From a virus, in the IMG/VR virus record IMGVR_UViG_3300035670_000024: a stretch of 64,000 bases of DNA. One strand, 5' to 3'. Each line of letters begins with the position of its first letter. Position 1 is the stretch's first letter. Below are positions 10,215 to 19,346 of this stretch, one piece after another. The position numbers and the translations under genes are program-made. Below the pieces are notes generated by a model. The model ran no database searches and was not told the origin of the DNA. It saw nothing but the letters and a program-made list of their open reading frames with translations.

Positions 10215-10645
10215 TATTCTCCCCAATACTCATACATAAACCCTTTAGGTGTAGAGTAATGGACATGAACGATATTACTGCAACTACGAATGTATTCGGA
10301 GCAAATAGGGCAAGGACGTGAATCCCGCAATTCTTTTCCTCCATGTCCACCTACACGACAAACTACAATCGTATCTGAATCTTCCCGTGCTTTAATCAAA
10401 CTACGAATCTCAGCATGAAGATAAACCTTTTTTTCAAGATGAGGTTCATTAAAAATCATAGATGCATTCTTAGCAGCCCAATACTGAACTGGATGAGTTC
10501 TTGTATAGTCATTAACTGCAGAAGCAACAATGCGATTCTTTTTTAGAAGAATTGCACCAATTTTCTTTGGGGCATCAGAAGACATTGCAACTGCATATGC
10601 TTGCCTAAGCATACACTTTTTGAGTGGTGACTTAGTTGCCATCAT
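10214..10645 (-). CDS. Zn-dependent cytidine/dCMP deaminase-like protein
   Basis: HAE and PCPIC motifs; IGAILL..RIVASAVN strand. Confidence 0.85.
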   Translation of the reverse strand: MMATKSPLKKCMLRQAYAVAMSSDAPKKIGAILLKKNRIVASAVNDYTRTHPVQYWAAKNASMIFNEPHLEKKVYLHAEIRSLIKAREDSDTIVVCRVGGHGGKELRDSRPCPICSEYIRSCSNIVHVHYSTPKGFMYEYWGE

Positions 10646-10875
10646 CAGTCAGAAACTTCCTCAAAATAATAAAATGCATCCCGAAAAACTTCATCATCGT
10701 TACCAAGATTCATCCAACCCGCACACATTGAATCAGAAAATGCTTCCCATGCACTCACTGCATCTTGATGGGAAATCTCATAACCACGATCTGCAAAGAT
10801 CTTTACAATCCGATCAATGTCGTTCTCATATGCATAATGATGATTATAAGGATCTCTAAATTTCAGTTTTTTCAT
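10645..10875 (-). CDS. Hypothetical protein (start probably MKKLKF at 10875)
   Basis: The track start (10911) lies upstream of the -10 of cassette copy 5. Confidence 0.65.
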   Translation of the reverse strand: MKKLKFRDPYNHHYAYENDIDRIVKIFADRGYEISHQDAVSAWEAFSDSMCAGWMNLGNDDEVFRDAFYYFEEVSD

Positions 10876-10899
10876 AAACAAAAACTTGATTACCCTCAT

Positions 10900-10957
10900 A
10901 CTATAGGGCAATCAAGTTCTTTTAGCAAGAGCACTATGCCAGTTTCTTAAGTGTCAC
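10900..10957 (-). promoter_or_regulatory. Early-promoter cassette copy 5
   Basis: TATAGT 10900-10905; box atgccagtt-tctt-aagtgtcac overlapping the def stop codon. Confidence 0.75.
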
Positions 10958-11388
10958 AGATAACTTTTGAAGGTTATTCCGTTTAAATGGTCTACCTCAT
11001 GAAGTAAACAGCGAGCAACAAGACCCTCATGAGTTTCAGTTCTAGGATGACCAGAAAGATCTCTGTATTTTACAGTAACTTGTTTTGGTCTTGAGATATC
11101 ATAGAATTCACCAGAAAAAGAAAGACAACCTTCTTGTAAGGTTACTTTTTCTTCACTCTCAAAAATGATTTCGGGATTAATTAAAACTCTTGGATCATTG
11201 TCCACAAGAACTACAACAATCCTTTTAAGAATTCCTACTTGATTTGCCGCCAATCCCACTCCATTATTCGCTAACATTGTTTCTACCATATTGGCAGAAA
11301 TGTTGCGTACTTTATCGTCAACTTTATCAATTCTCTTTGCTTTTTGACGAAGTGGTTTTTCTCCGTCTTGTAGGATTTCTAGTATCAT
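10954..11388 (-). CDS. def: Peptide deformylase
   Basis: GVGLAANQ, EGCLS and HEVDH motifs. Confidence 0.95.
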   Translation of the reverse strand: MILEILQDGEKPLRQKAKRIDKVDDKVRNISANMVETMLANNGVGLAANQVGILKRIVVVLVDNDPRVLINPEIIFESEEKVTLQEGCLSFSGEFYDISRPKQVTVKYRDLSGHPRTETHEGLVARCLLHEVDHLNGITFKSYL

Positions 11389-12143
11389 TGATTGAAGTTC
11401 TTTCTAAACTCTTCTAGTTTTTCTGGTTCATTAAGAACAGTACTCAAACCATATTGAGCAATAAATGAATCCAGTGCAGGATCTTCTACAGTTTCCTCTA
11501 GATAAAGACCACTGACTTTATCATAAAACTTCTCAACATCTTCATTGACATAGGAACCTACATCACTATCCAATCCAGATTTTGAGTAAGAATAAAGAGC
11601 ATCGGTGAGAATTTCTAGTTCTTGTTCAGACAGTTGAAAGGTTACTTTGTATTGGGACATTTTACTTAATGTTTTCTTTATTTAGAATTAATCAGTCTTT
11701 TTTGGTTTATTGCATTCATTGCAATAGTAACTAAACCCATATTTGAAAGACTTAACTTTTTGAAAGTAATCCAAATTCAGTGGTTTAGTTTCTTTACATC
11801 GTGAACATGTTCTTTCATCGGGGAGTGATGATAATGTCTTTTGCCCCTTGCTCTTTGACAACAGATTCCCAAAAAAATGCATCTTCAATTTTAAGGAATG
11901 TAGCAGATTGTTTAGCATAACCTTTTTTCTTTGGTTTTAAGTAAGTAATTTCAAATTTCATTTTGAACTTTCTTTGAGTAATTTAAGTTTTTCAAAATTC
12001 TTTCTGTAGATTAGCATACAGACATCTCTGCGCTTTTCTCCTGGAAAGGAATTGACGCAAAGTGTAACATATGTGTTACACACGAATCTAATCTCTCCAA
12101 TGTAATTTTCATATTCAACTAATAAACCTTCAGTAAAGATCAT
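11385..12143 (-). other. Three hypothetical genes (11385-11660; 11688-11918 Zn-ribbon CxxC..CxxC; 11958-12143)
   Basis: Contiguous minus-strand ORFs; CSRC...CNEC in the middle one. Confidence 0.65.
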
Positions 12144-12834
12144 AAAATTTCTTAAGAACTTTATTATTTACATCATAAAGACCAAGAGCACCTCCAGAAG
12201 ATCCAGATTCCGGATCTAGAACAATAGAATTTTCATTAATGCAAACAGTATGATAATGACCAGAGACCATCACATAATCTTTTGTTTGATTGTTTTTCCA
12301 CCATTCAATTCTACTTCTGGTTTCTCTTTCAACCGGCCCATACAGCATAACAGACTTGGTGGATTTGTTCAACTTATCTTCATAAATTAAACAAAAGTCT
12401 TCATAATCTGAAACTTCAATCCTACTTGAGAAGTAAGCATGAGCAACACGATATTCTTTTTGATATTTGTCTTTGAATACGACTCCATACGGCATTTTAC
12501 TCAAAAACTCATAAATTTCTTCAAGAGAAATATTCTCTCTATGAAAATCATCTAAAGTCTTTTGAAGATCTTCTCCTATAAAGACATTATTACCTTTAAT
12601 GTGACGAAGTAATTTATTTTGATGATTAGACTGAATACAAATTGCCGAGTTATTTTTAATTTGTTCTTTGACTTGACGATAGACCGAAACAGAATTGGAG
12701 TTTTCTACCCGAGAATCAAATAAATCTCCTAGAAACAACGGAGTTAAATTATGATTATCACAGTACTCTAATGCAAGTTCCAGCAGATGTGCTTGAGAAT
12801 GCACATCACTGATCAGTGCAAAATTTTGAGTCAT
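12130..12834 (-). CDS. Calcineurin-like metallophosphoesterase (Pnkp-phosphatase/ApaH-like)
   Basis: SDVHS, GDLFD, SNHQ, AHA, SGHYH; YG..E..R.EWW segment. Confidence 0.85.
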   Translation of the reverse strand: MTQNFALISDVHSQAHLLELALEYCDNHNLTPLFLGDLFDSRVENSNSVSVYRQVKEQIKNNSAICIQSNHQNKLLRHIKGNNVFIGEDLQKTLDDFHRENISLEEIYEFLSKMPYGVVFKDKYQKEYRVAHAYFSSRIEVSDYEDFCLIYEDKLNKSTKSVMLYGPVERETRSRIEWWKNNQTKDYVMVSGHYHTVCINENSIVLDPESGSSGGALGLYDVNNKVLKKFYDLY

Positions 12835-12857
12835 TGTGCTTCCTTGGTTATGGAAAC

Positions 12858-12915
12858 ATTATAGCATCATTAAACTACCCTGTAAATTGGTAGTGGACAA
12901 TTTTTCAACTGTCAC
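12858..12915 (-). promoter_or_regulatory. Early-promoter cassette copy 6
   Basis: TATAAT 12858-12863; hairpin actacc..ggtagt; box gtggacaatt-tttc-aactgtcac. Confidence 0.85.
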
Positions 12916-13061
12916 TCCGAATTGCTAATAAAGTTTCAAGTGGAATCCATGATGGATCCTCTTCTTTAAACTTTACAAGGACTTCAATGATTGACCTATC
13001 CTTTTCTTTTTTATAAACCGTCCTAGTATTTAAAACAAGACCAAGAGGATTATTCATCTGA

Positions 13062-13526
13062 TTAACCTTTGATTACTTGATCAAATCCTTCTTCAAGTGT
13101 TGGTAGTTCATACTCTCCAATCATTCTTTCTAAAACCTCAGGAGGAATAACTTTCCCCGGTCTTTGAGTATTTCTTTTAAGTGCAGTTTCAAGAGGAATT
13201 ACAAAATATACTGCGGTCTTTTTATAATGTGCTGGAATGTGCTTAAGTTTTTCTTTTCTTTGCTTTTTTGTGAGATTTGTTTGATCCCAGATTAAACTTC
13301 TATTTTCTTCAACTGCTTTACGAAGAACTTTCATCATAGCAATTTGAGCAAATCGGATATTTGCCTGAAAAATAGTATTATAAGACTGCTGACGCTCTTT
13401 TGCAATCTCCTGAAGAATATCATCAGATGATACTCTCACATAATCTCGGTATTTTTGATTTGAAGAAAAGGTTGATTTTCCACTTGTAGGAATACCAACC
13501 AGAAAAATTGCTTCAGGAGTAGACAT
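13062..13526 (-). CDS. Polynucleotide kinase-like P-loop kinase (AAA_33)
   Basis: GIPTSGKST Walker A, SSDDI, DQTNL, RN.QR lid, P..EEGFD. Confidence 0.85.
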   Translation of the reverse strand: MSTPEAIFLVGIPTSGKSTFSSNQKYRDYVRVSSDDILQEIAKERQQSYNTIFQANIRFAQIAMMKVLRKAVEENRSLIWDQTNLTKKQRKEKLKHIPAHYKKTAVYFVIPLETALKRNTQRPGKVIPPEVLERMIGEYELPTLEEGFDQVIKG

Positions 13527-13989
13527 AAGTTTTCCAGTCTGAAATATTAGAAGAATTAATAGTTAAGTGAACTTTATTAAATGGTGCTTTTGGTTGCTTT
13601 AAAAGTTTCATTCCCGCTTCTTCTGGAGTTTTATTTCCTTTTTTTGTATTACAGGAAATACAAGCACAAGTTAGATTTTCCCAACTATCATCTCCACCAC
13701 GGGAAGAAGGAATCACATGATCTATAGTAAGATCTTCTTTTGCTCCGCAGTACTGACATGTATGATTATCTCGTTTATGAATCATATTCCTTGAGGGTCT
13801 ATGAGACATAATCTTTGTAAAAGGAATGCGAATATATTCAAAAAGGCGAATCACCTTATTGGATATAAGTTGTGCTTTACGTTTTAGTAGTAAAACAATT
13901 GCTCTCTTCCCATTACAAATGTTAATTGGATTATAATCACTATTTAAAACTAGAATAGAAGTACTTGCTTTAATTTTAAGATAATCCAT
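13513..13989 (-). CDS. HNH endonuclease
   Basis: RDNHTCQYCG..LTIDHVIP.SRGG..WENL..AC..CN.KKG. Confidence 0.9.
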   Translation of the reverse strand: MDYLKIKASTSILVLNSDYNPINICNGKRAIVLLLKRKAQLISNKVIRLFEYIRIPFTKIMSHRPSRNMIHKRDNHTCQYCGAKEDLTIDHVIPSSRGGDDSWENLTCACISCNTKKGNKTPEEAGMKLLKQPKAPFNKVHLTINSSNISDWKTYVYS

Positions 13990-13994
13990 CGCTC

Positions 13995-15176
13995 TTACTG
14001 TTCTTCTTTATCTATAAAGTTCCAGTTCAATCCACCAAACAACCAACGATTTTGATCAATCTTTGACTGAGTGCTGAGTGATTTACTAATCATATCCACA
14101 ATAGTATCCCTAGAACCTTTACCACCTTTCATGGCATACATGATAGGAGCATGAATTGGTAGGATTTTCTTTTGAACAAACTCAACAGCAAAATCTTTCT
14201 TATCTGGATACAGGGTAGATCCCACATTATAAAGGTCTGCCATCTCAGAAGCAAGGTCGTCCACCGATGCCCAGAAGGCATTCTGGAACGCTTTAAGGCG
14301 GGTGGCATCCTCAGGGGTCAGTAGGGGAACAAGGTCGTCTACAGAGTCGCTCAGGATGGTCTGGAGGACGTTCTTCTCCTGACTGATCTGGTCTTTGCTC
14401 TTGTGACGGAGCACGTAGTCGTCACATTTGATTTTCACCATATGCCCGCTGTCAAACCGAATCACCACACCTTCACCATCATCCCACTCACGAACCTGTT
14501 TCACAAACAGTTCAATGTTCTGAACAGAAAGACCATCCACTGCTTTGACTACAGGAATGTTATAGTTTTTACCAGTCTCAGCAAGCATTGAATAATGAAC
14601 ATAGGTTCCACTTAGATTGTCCCTAACAGCAGTAAGAATCAAATTATCTTCTGGATAATCAACTACAATACGATTTTTTCTGGAAACCCATTCAAAAATA
14701 GGAGTCAATCCACAAGCAATGGAAGAACGAATAAACTCAGTGTATTCAGGTTTATCAGCAATGAATTCCTCTGCCTGTTGAGCAATATCAGTAACTCCTG
14801 CTTTGGTTGCAAGACGGAATCCATCTTCAGTTGGAATCGGACGGATCATGCTACCATCCAATTTCTCCAGAACCACATGAGGTTCATAGAGATTGATTTT
14901 ATTCAGTTGAGTTTCATCCTTCTCACCAGCATTAAAGAACTTATGGTAAGGACGGGAAATAAGTTTTCCATCCTTGTTAAAGATTAGACCACGACATTCC
15001 CGACGAATTGAAGACGAGTAGGGATCTTCAGTATCCCATGCAAAAGTATCTTCAAATGCAACAGCATAATTGATAACGGTATAATCACCCTTATCCATCA
15101 CACGGATTTCATCGTATCCATTGATGTCATAAAGAACATCTTCAATGGTTTCAATTTTGGGAAAATCGTAGTTCAT
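13995..15176 (-). CDS. rnlA: T4 RNA ligase 1 family protein
   Basis: RECRGLIF, YHKFFN, EKLDGS (motif I), FEW, EGVVIR (IV), KIK (V). Confidence 0.9.
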   Translation of the reverse strand: MNYDFPKIETIEDVLYDINGYDEIRVMDKGDYTVINYAVAFEDTFAWDTEDPYSSSIRRECRGLIFNKDGKLISRPYHKFFNAGEKDETQLNKINLYEPHVVLEKLDGSMIRPIPTEDGFRLATKAGVTDIAQQAEEFIADKPEYTEFIRSSIACGLTPIFEWVSRKNRIVVDYPEDNLILTAVRDNLSGTYVHYSMLAETGKNYNIPVVKAVDGLSVQNIELFVKQVREWDDGEGVVIRFDSGHMVKIKCDDYVLRHKSKDQISQEKNVLQTILSDSVDDLVPLLTPEDATRLKAFQNAFWASVDDLASEMADLYNVGSTLYPDKKDFAVEFVQKKILPIHAPIMYAMKGGKGSRDTIVDMISKSLSTQSKIDQNRWLFGGLNWNFIDKEEQ

Positions 15177-15197
15177 GATTCACTTACTTATAAGAAT

Positions 15198-15255
15198 AGT
15201 ATAGAATAAAAAAGAGGGTAGTAAACCCTCAGTGTGCCAGTTTGAGAATTGTCTC
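15198..15255 (-). promoter_or_regulatory. Early-promoter cassette copy 7
   Basis: TATACT 15198-15203; hairpin gagggt-agtaa-accctc with T-tract; box gtgccagtt-tgag-aattgtc. Confidence 0.85.
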
Positions 15256-15452
15256 TACTTAGAACTTACAAAATTATTGATTTTTTCGGCAAATTGTTCA
15301 ACATCCTCATAAGAAGGAAATGGGGGCAAGTCCCACTTTTTTTCAGAAATTTCATTATGCGTTTCAACTAATTCACGGGAAGCAGCATACTTATCAACAG
15401 CAAAATTGTATGCTTGCTTAAAAATTTCAAACCGTAATTCGTAAGGTGTCAT
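15255..15452 (-). CDS. Small conserved T4-like phage hypothetical protein
   Basis: MTPYELRFEIFKQA...P..EDV..AEKIN.FVS; strong AGGAG RBS. Confidence 0.75.
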   Translation of the reverse strand: MTPYELRFEIFKQAYNFAVDKYAASRELVETHNEISEKKWDLPPFPSYEDVEQFAEKINNFVSSK

Positions 15453-15525
15453 AGTTTTCTCCTTGTGTGTTGTGTGTGAGTGTTAAACTCGTTATTATAT
15501 ATTACACTATTTTATATTTAAAAAG

Positions 15526-15927
15526 TCAAGGAGTTTGATTCTGAGAATTGTTTCTACTATTTTGAATTTTATTTTTTTTGCTTTTTACTACTTTTTTTCC
15601 AAGTTTGTAAGTTCCTTTTACTGCTTTAGTTACATTTCTAGAAGTCTGACTTACTTGTTGTCTTTGAGAATTCTTTTGAGATTTAAGTCTTTGAGATTTG
15701 TTTTGATAATCTTTTAATCTTTCTTTTGCTTCTTCCTCTTTACCAATTGCTTTTTGACGACTTCTTTGAGTGAATTGCTTTGAAAGTTGACTTCTCCTCT
15801 TTGCTTGTTGTTTTGCTTTTTTAGATGCAATTTTTCTCGCTTCTGCCCTACCTTCAGGAGATAATTCGTATTTTCTTTGCAAATCACTTAAAGATGCATC
15901 TTCGCAAAATTGCCTAAAAGATTTCAT
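15526..15927 (-). CDS. Basic putative internal head protein with a capsid-targeting-like N-terminus
   Basis: MKSFRQFCEDA N-terminus, K/R/Q-rich body, CTAAATA late promoter at 15951-15957. Confidence 0.6.
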   Translation of the reverse strand: MKSFRQFCEDASLSDLQRKYELSPEGRAEARKIASKKAKQQAKRRSQLSKQFTQRSRQKAIGKEEEAKERLKDYQNKSQRLKSQKNSQRQQVSQTSRNVTKAVKGTYKLGKKVVKSKKNKIQNSRNNSQNQTP

Positions 15928-15953
15928 TGATTAAGAAGAAATTCTCATAATAT

Positions 15954-16798
15954 TTAGGAAATATTCTCGTGATAAGGAATAAAGACATACTCTTCAGGTT
16001 CTTCACCACCTATCACAAATTCTTCAAAAATAGAGTGTGCTTCCGCAAAGTTTTCTTGTTCCACAAGATACTCCATTCTGTTGCAATAAAATTCTTCAAT
16101 CTGGTAAATATTCCAGTTTCTTTCTTCCTGTGTCATAAAAAACATTTCTCCAGTGGGGTGAGACTTACCTGCATAGAAGTATAAGGCGTAGTGGATTGAA
16201 TGTCAACTAAGTTACCTTTCTTTGCAGAATTAATGGGAGCATAATACTCTTTTCTTTTTGAATGATAAAATCCCCAAATCGTTGAAACTGGTTTTCCTAG
16301 GTTATAATCATAGACTTGATGATGATTTAACCAGATAGCAATGATTGTCTTATTAAACCATTCAAAAGAATAAGAATATCCGTCTGGGGGATCATGAGGA
16401 AACTCAGAGATCGTCAATTCTGTCATAAAATTGTTCCATCAATCTAATTTCCTCTTGAAGTTTTTCGGATTGTTCTTCAAGTTGTGAAATGCGTTGCTTT
16501 AATTCAGCAAGCATTTCATTTGTATGTGGGATATTTTGTGATGCACTCATAAGTATCAGGTTGTAAAGGAATCAACAACACGGGATTCTTCAGTAGAGTA
16601 AGAATCTGAAAGTTGGAATCGCAGTGCCTTGGTTACATATTCCATAATGCGTCCATCATGAGAAGAATCTAGTTCGTCCCTCCAGTTCATAAGAACCTCA
16701 TGACAATCTTCGTTGGATTCAGCAATTACATTAATTACTCCACCATATTCAGAAGATGGAAATGGAACCCAATAATCAACAATGTAAAGGTACTTCAT
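15954..16798 (-). other. Small hypothetical genes (15954-16145, 16133-16426, 16556-16798 and a short coiled-coil ORF)
   Basis: Contiguous minus-strand ORFs. Confidence 0.65.
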
Positions 16799-16821
16799 CG
16801 TGCGTTTTAAACTACTCCTTG

Positions 16822-16850
16822 ATTTTAGAATGGTGTTGAAGATTTGTCAA
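16822..16850 (-). promoter_or_regulatory. Sigma70 promoter
   Basis: TTGACA-17-TAAAAT followed by AGGAG and the ATG at 16798. Confidence 0.75.
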
Positions 16851-17287
16851 CTGTCGCTTTAGTTCTATGCGAATAGTAAGAAGATGTGAGTACAAATAAT
16901 CTTGATACACATTATCTTTCAGTAAACTTGTAAGTTCATCAATTTTTAAGATAGAACTTTCAAGTTTTTCTATCTCAGTCATTTATTACAATCTGGGTGA
17001 AATGTATATTCAGAACAGACAGGATGAGAAGAAGAATATGCTTTAAAGAGTTTATCATCCCGTTGTGCCAACCAGATGTTGTATCCAATAATGACACCCA
17101 GACCAATAGCACCAAAAACTAAATAACGATTAAACATTGTGCTCAATTAGAAAGTACTCAATGCGTTTTTGAATGTCAACAAGTTCATTCCAGTAAGGAT
17201 GCTTGTTTTCATACTTTTCTTTATCTTGTGTGATATTAGAAACTGCAGTAAGCAGTGCAATATAATCGTGAGAATTAAATTGTAGGT

Positions 17288-17707
17288 TCATTTTTTAGCT
17301 GCTGGTGCTTGTTGAATATCAAAGGTAGGAACAGGAGCACCACCATTACTGGGAACCATATAAACAGTTCGTTCAGTATTTCCTTCACCTTGAGTAATCC
17401 ACAGGTATTGAAGATAGGCAGGATTACCTTTCAAACTATCACCGATAATAGAGTTTGCTTTCGCAACACCTTGAGCACGGATGATTTCTGCTTCGGCAAG
17501 TTGTTGGGCACTATCTTTCTTTGCTTGTGCTTCCAGAACTGCTACCTGTCGGGTATATTCTGCCTTTTGGAGTTCTGCCTTACCAGCAAGGGATTGTTGC
17601 CATACATTATACTGCGGGCCACCAATGAAGATAAGACCGGCAGCAGCAACGACACCTACAACCACAAGGGCAACACCAGTGTCAATAAATCCGTTTTGTT
17701 GTTTCAT
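17288..17707 (-). CDS. Membrane-anchored coiled-coil protein (band-7/SPFH C-terminal-like)
   Basis: N-terminal TM, AEL.KAE..RQVAV.EAQAK..A...AEA..IRA.G.A.AN heptads, YLQYLW. Confidence 0.65.
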   Translation of the reverse strand: MKQQNGFIDTGVALVVVGVVAAAGLIFIGGPQYNVWQQSLAGKAELQKAEYTRQVAVLEAQAKKDSAQQLAEAEIIRAQGVAKANSIIGDSLKGNPAYLQYLWITQGEGNTERTVYMVPSNGGAPVPTFDIQQAPAAKK

Positions 17708-17716
17708 AATTTTACC

Positions 17717-18242
17717 TTAAAGAGATTCTACTTTTTCAAGAAGTTGTTCAATTTCTTCTGGGGTTTGGTATCCCAGAACATCATCAGTGATAGGAGTATC
17801 ATAGCAGATTTGATAATCTTCATCAACCCCCTTGAGAACTGCTAGTTCATATAGTCCTTGCTCATATCCATAAGAACCATAAAATTTAACTACACTTACT
17901 CCATATCCATTATCAAAGAATTGTATTGCTTGAACACCAGTTCCAATGGAATGTGGTTGAAAGTCAAGGTCAGAGAATTTCATTTTGATTTTCATTAAAA
18001 GGAACAAAGCGATCAGACCAAAGAGTGTTAAATCGCTCTCGGAGATTGTCAATCATAGTGTATCGTTGAACAATCTCACTATCCATGGGAAGGTCAAAAA
18101 TACCATAGGGACAAGCAAAATCACACATATCTTGTGCTTTATTGAGAAGTTCACAAATCAGTTCATGTTCGGCACAAGTAATAGTAACTTGAATGTCCCC
18201 TTGAACAATATGGGAATCTTCGTTAGTATCAAGAGCAATCAT
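17717..18242 (-). other. Two hypothetical genes (17717-about 17983; 17970-18242)
   Basis: F.NGYGVSVV..SYG..GLYELAVL motif in the first; overlapping ORFs. Confidence 0.65.
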
Positions 18243-18278
18243 AGTGAAAAAACAAATCTCCTTTGTTTGAACAGTAAT

Positions 18279-18335
18279 AGTATAGGGTGTTTTGGGGAAC
18301 CTGGAAGAGGTAGTGTGCCAGTTTAAAAATCGTCT
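18279..18335 (-). promoter_or_regulatory. Early-promoter cassette copy 8 (weak hairpin)
   Basis: TATACT 18279-18284; box gtgccagtt-taaa-aatcgtc at the conserved distance. Confidence 0.65.
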
Positions 18336-18488
18336 GTGTGATTCAGTGCTGCTGACACATCATGAATTTCATTTGCCTTACGAAGAAGTTCTTTTAGATG
18401 CAGTTGGAGTGACTCCAAATCATCTTCAGTTTTCCCCATGAGAGAATCATAAATTCTCTCAAATGCTGCTGCAGTTTGAAGCGTAAGA

Positions 18489-19010
18489 TTATTGGGCATT
18501 AGATTGAGGGCGAACTTCTTCTACTTTAGTTTGATTTCCGTCAAGATTGTATTCTTTGTTAAGATCCTTATTCCAAGCAGTCCCTTGAACAAATCCAAGT
18601 CCACCAAAGAACAGTGCAGCTGCAATGGTAATCATTGCTTTTTTATGCTGACTATCATCGGTATCTTGATCTGATGCATCTGCATAATCACTAACACTTT
18701 GCCCTGTAACCTTTTCTGCAACCCAGGTAGCACCAGCACCGTAAACGGTCATGAGAACCCATGGAGTGAAGTAAAGAAGAAGGGCACCCGCACCAAGAAG
18801 TGCAATAAATGCTGTGCTACCTCCAGGAGTAGAAATACCACCACCCCCAGAAGAATTGTTACTTACTTCACGGAGATTGATAATTTGCTGTGCTCCGTAG
18901 ATATTTTGAAGTTGTTCTTTGGCACCATTAATAGTGCTGGCGGAAACTTCAATATCAACATAACCAGATGAACTACCCATCCAGCATTTTGCAGTCCAGC
19001 GGCGAGACAT
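18489..19010 (-). CDS. Membrane protein, hypothetical
   Basis: Small N-terminal domain, Gly/Ser linker, two hydrophobic segments. Confidence 0.7.
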   Translation of the reverse strand: MSRRWTAKCWMGSSSGYVDIEVSASTINGAKEQLQNIYGAQQIINLREVSNNSSGGGGISTPGGSTAFIALLGAGALLLYFTPWVLMTVYGAGATWVAEKVTGQSVSDYADASDQDTDDSQHKKAMITIAAALFFGGLGFVQGTAWNKDLNKEYNLDGNQTKVEEVRPQSNAQ

Positions 19011-19033
19011 GATGTGTGTTTCAAACTGTAGTA

Positions 19034-19090
19034 ATCATACAGCAAAGGGGTCGGTTTGACGACCCCTGTGGACAGTTTGATAATTGTCAC
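19034..19090 (-). promoter_or_regulatory. Early-promoter cassette copy 9
   Basis: TATGAT 19034-19039; hairpin aggggtc..gacccct; box gtggacagtt-tgat-aattgtcac. Confidence 0.85.
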
Positions 19091-19346
19091 CCTCCCCTTT
19101 CTTGAAGAGACCTTACCATAAGTTCTGCAAATTTTTCCATTTTATCATAATGTACAGATGCCGGATTAGTATTAATTGCATTTTTAAGAGCAACCAACTC
19201 ATTCCATTCTTCTTGAGTTAGTTCTTGCATAGATTTTTTTGTAAGTGTCATAGTGTTTCTTTACCAGAAACTATTCTATCAATATGTAGTCAAATGTCAG
19301 CGTTTCCTAACATTTATTTTAGGTTTGCCTTTATAAAACTTAACGA

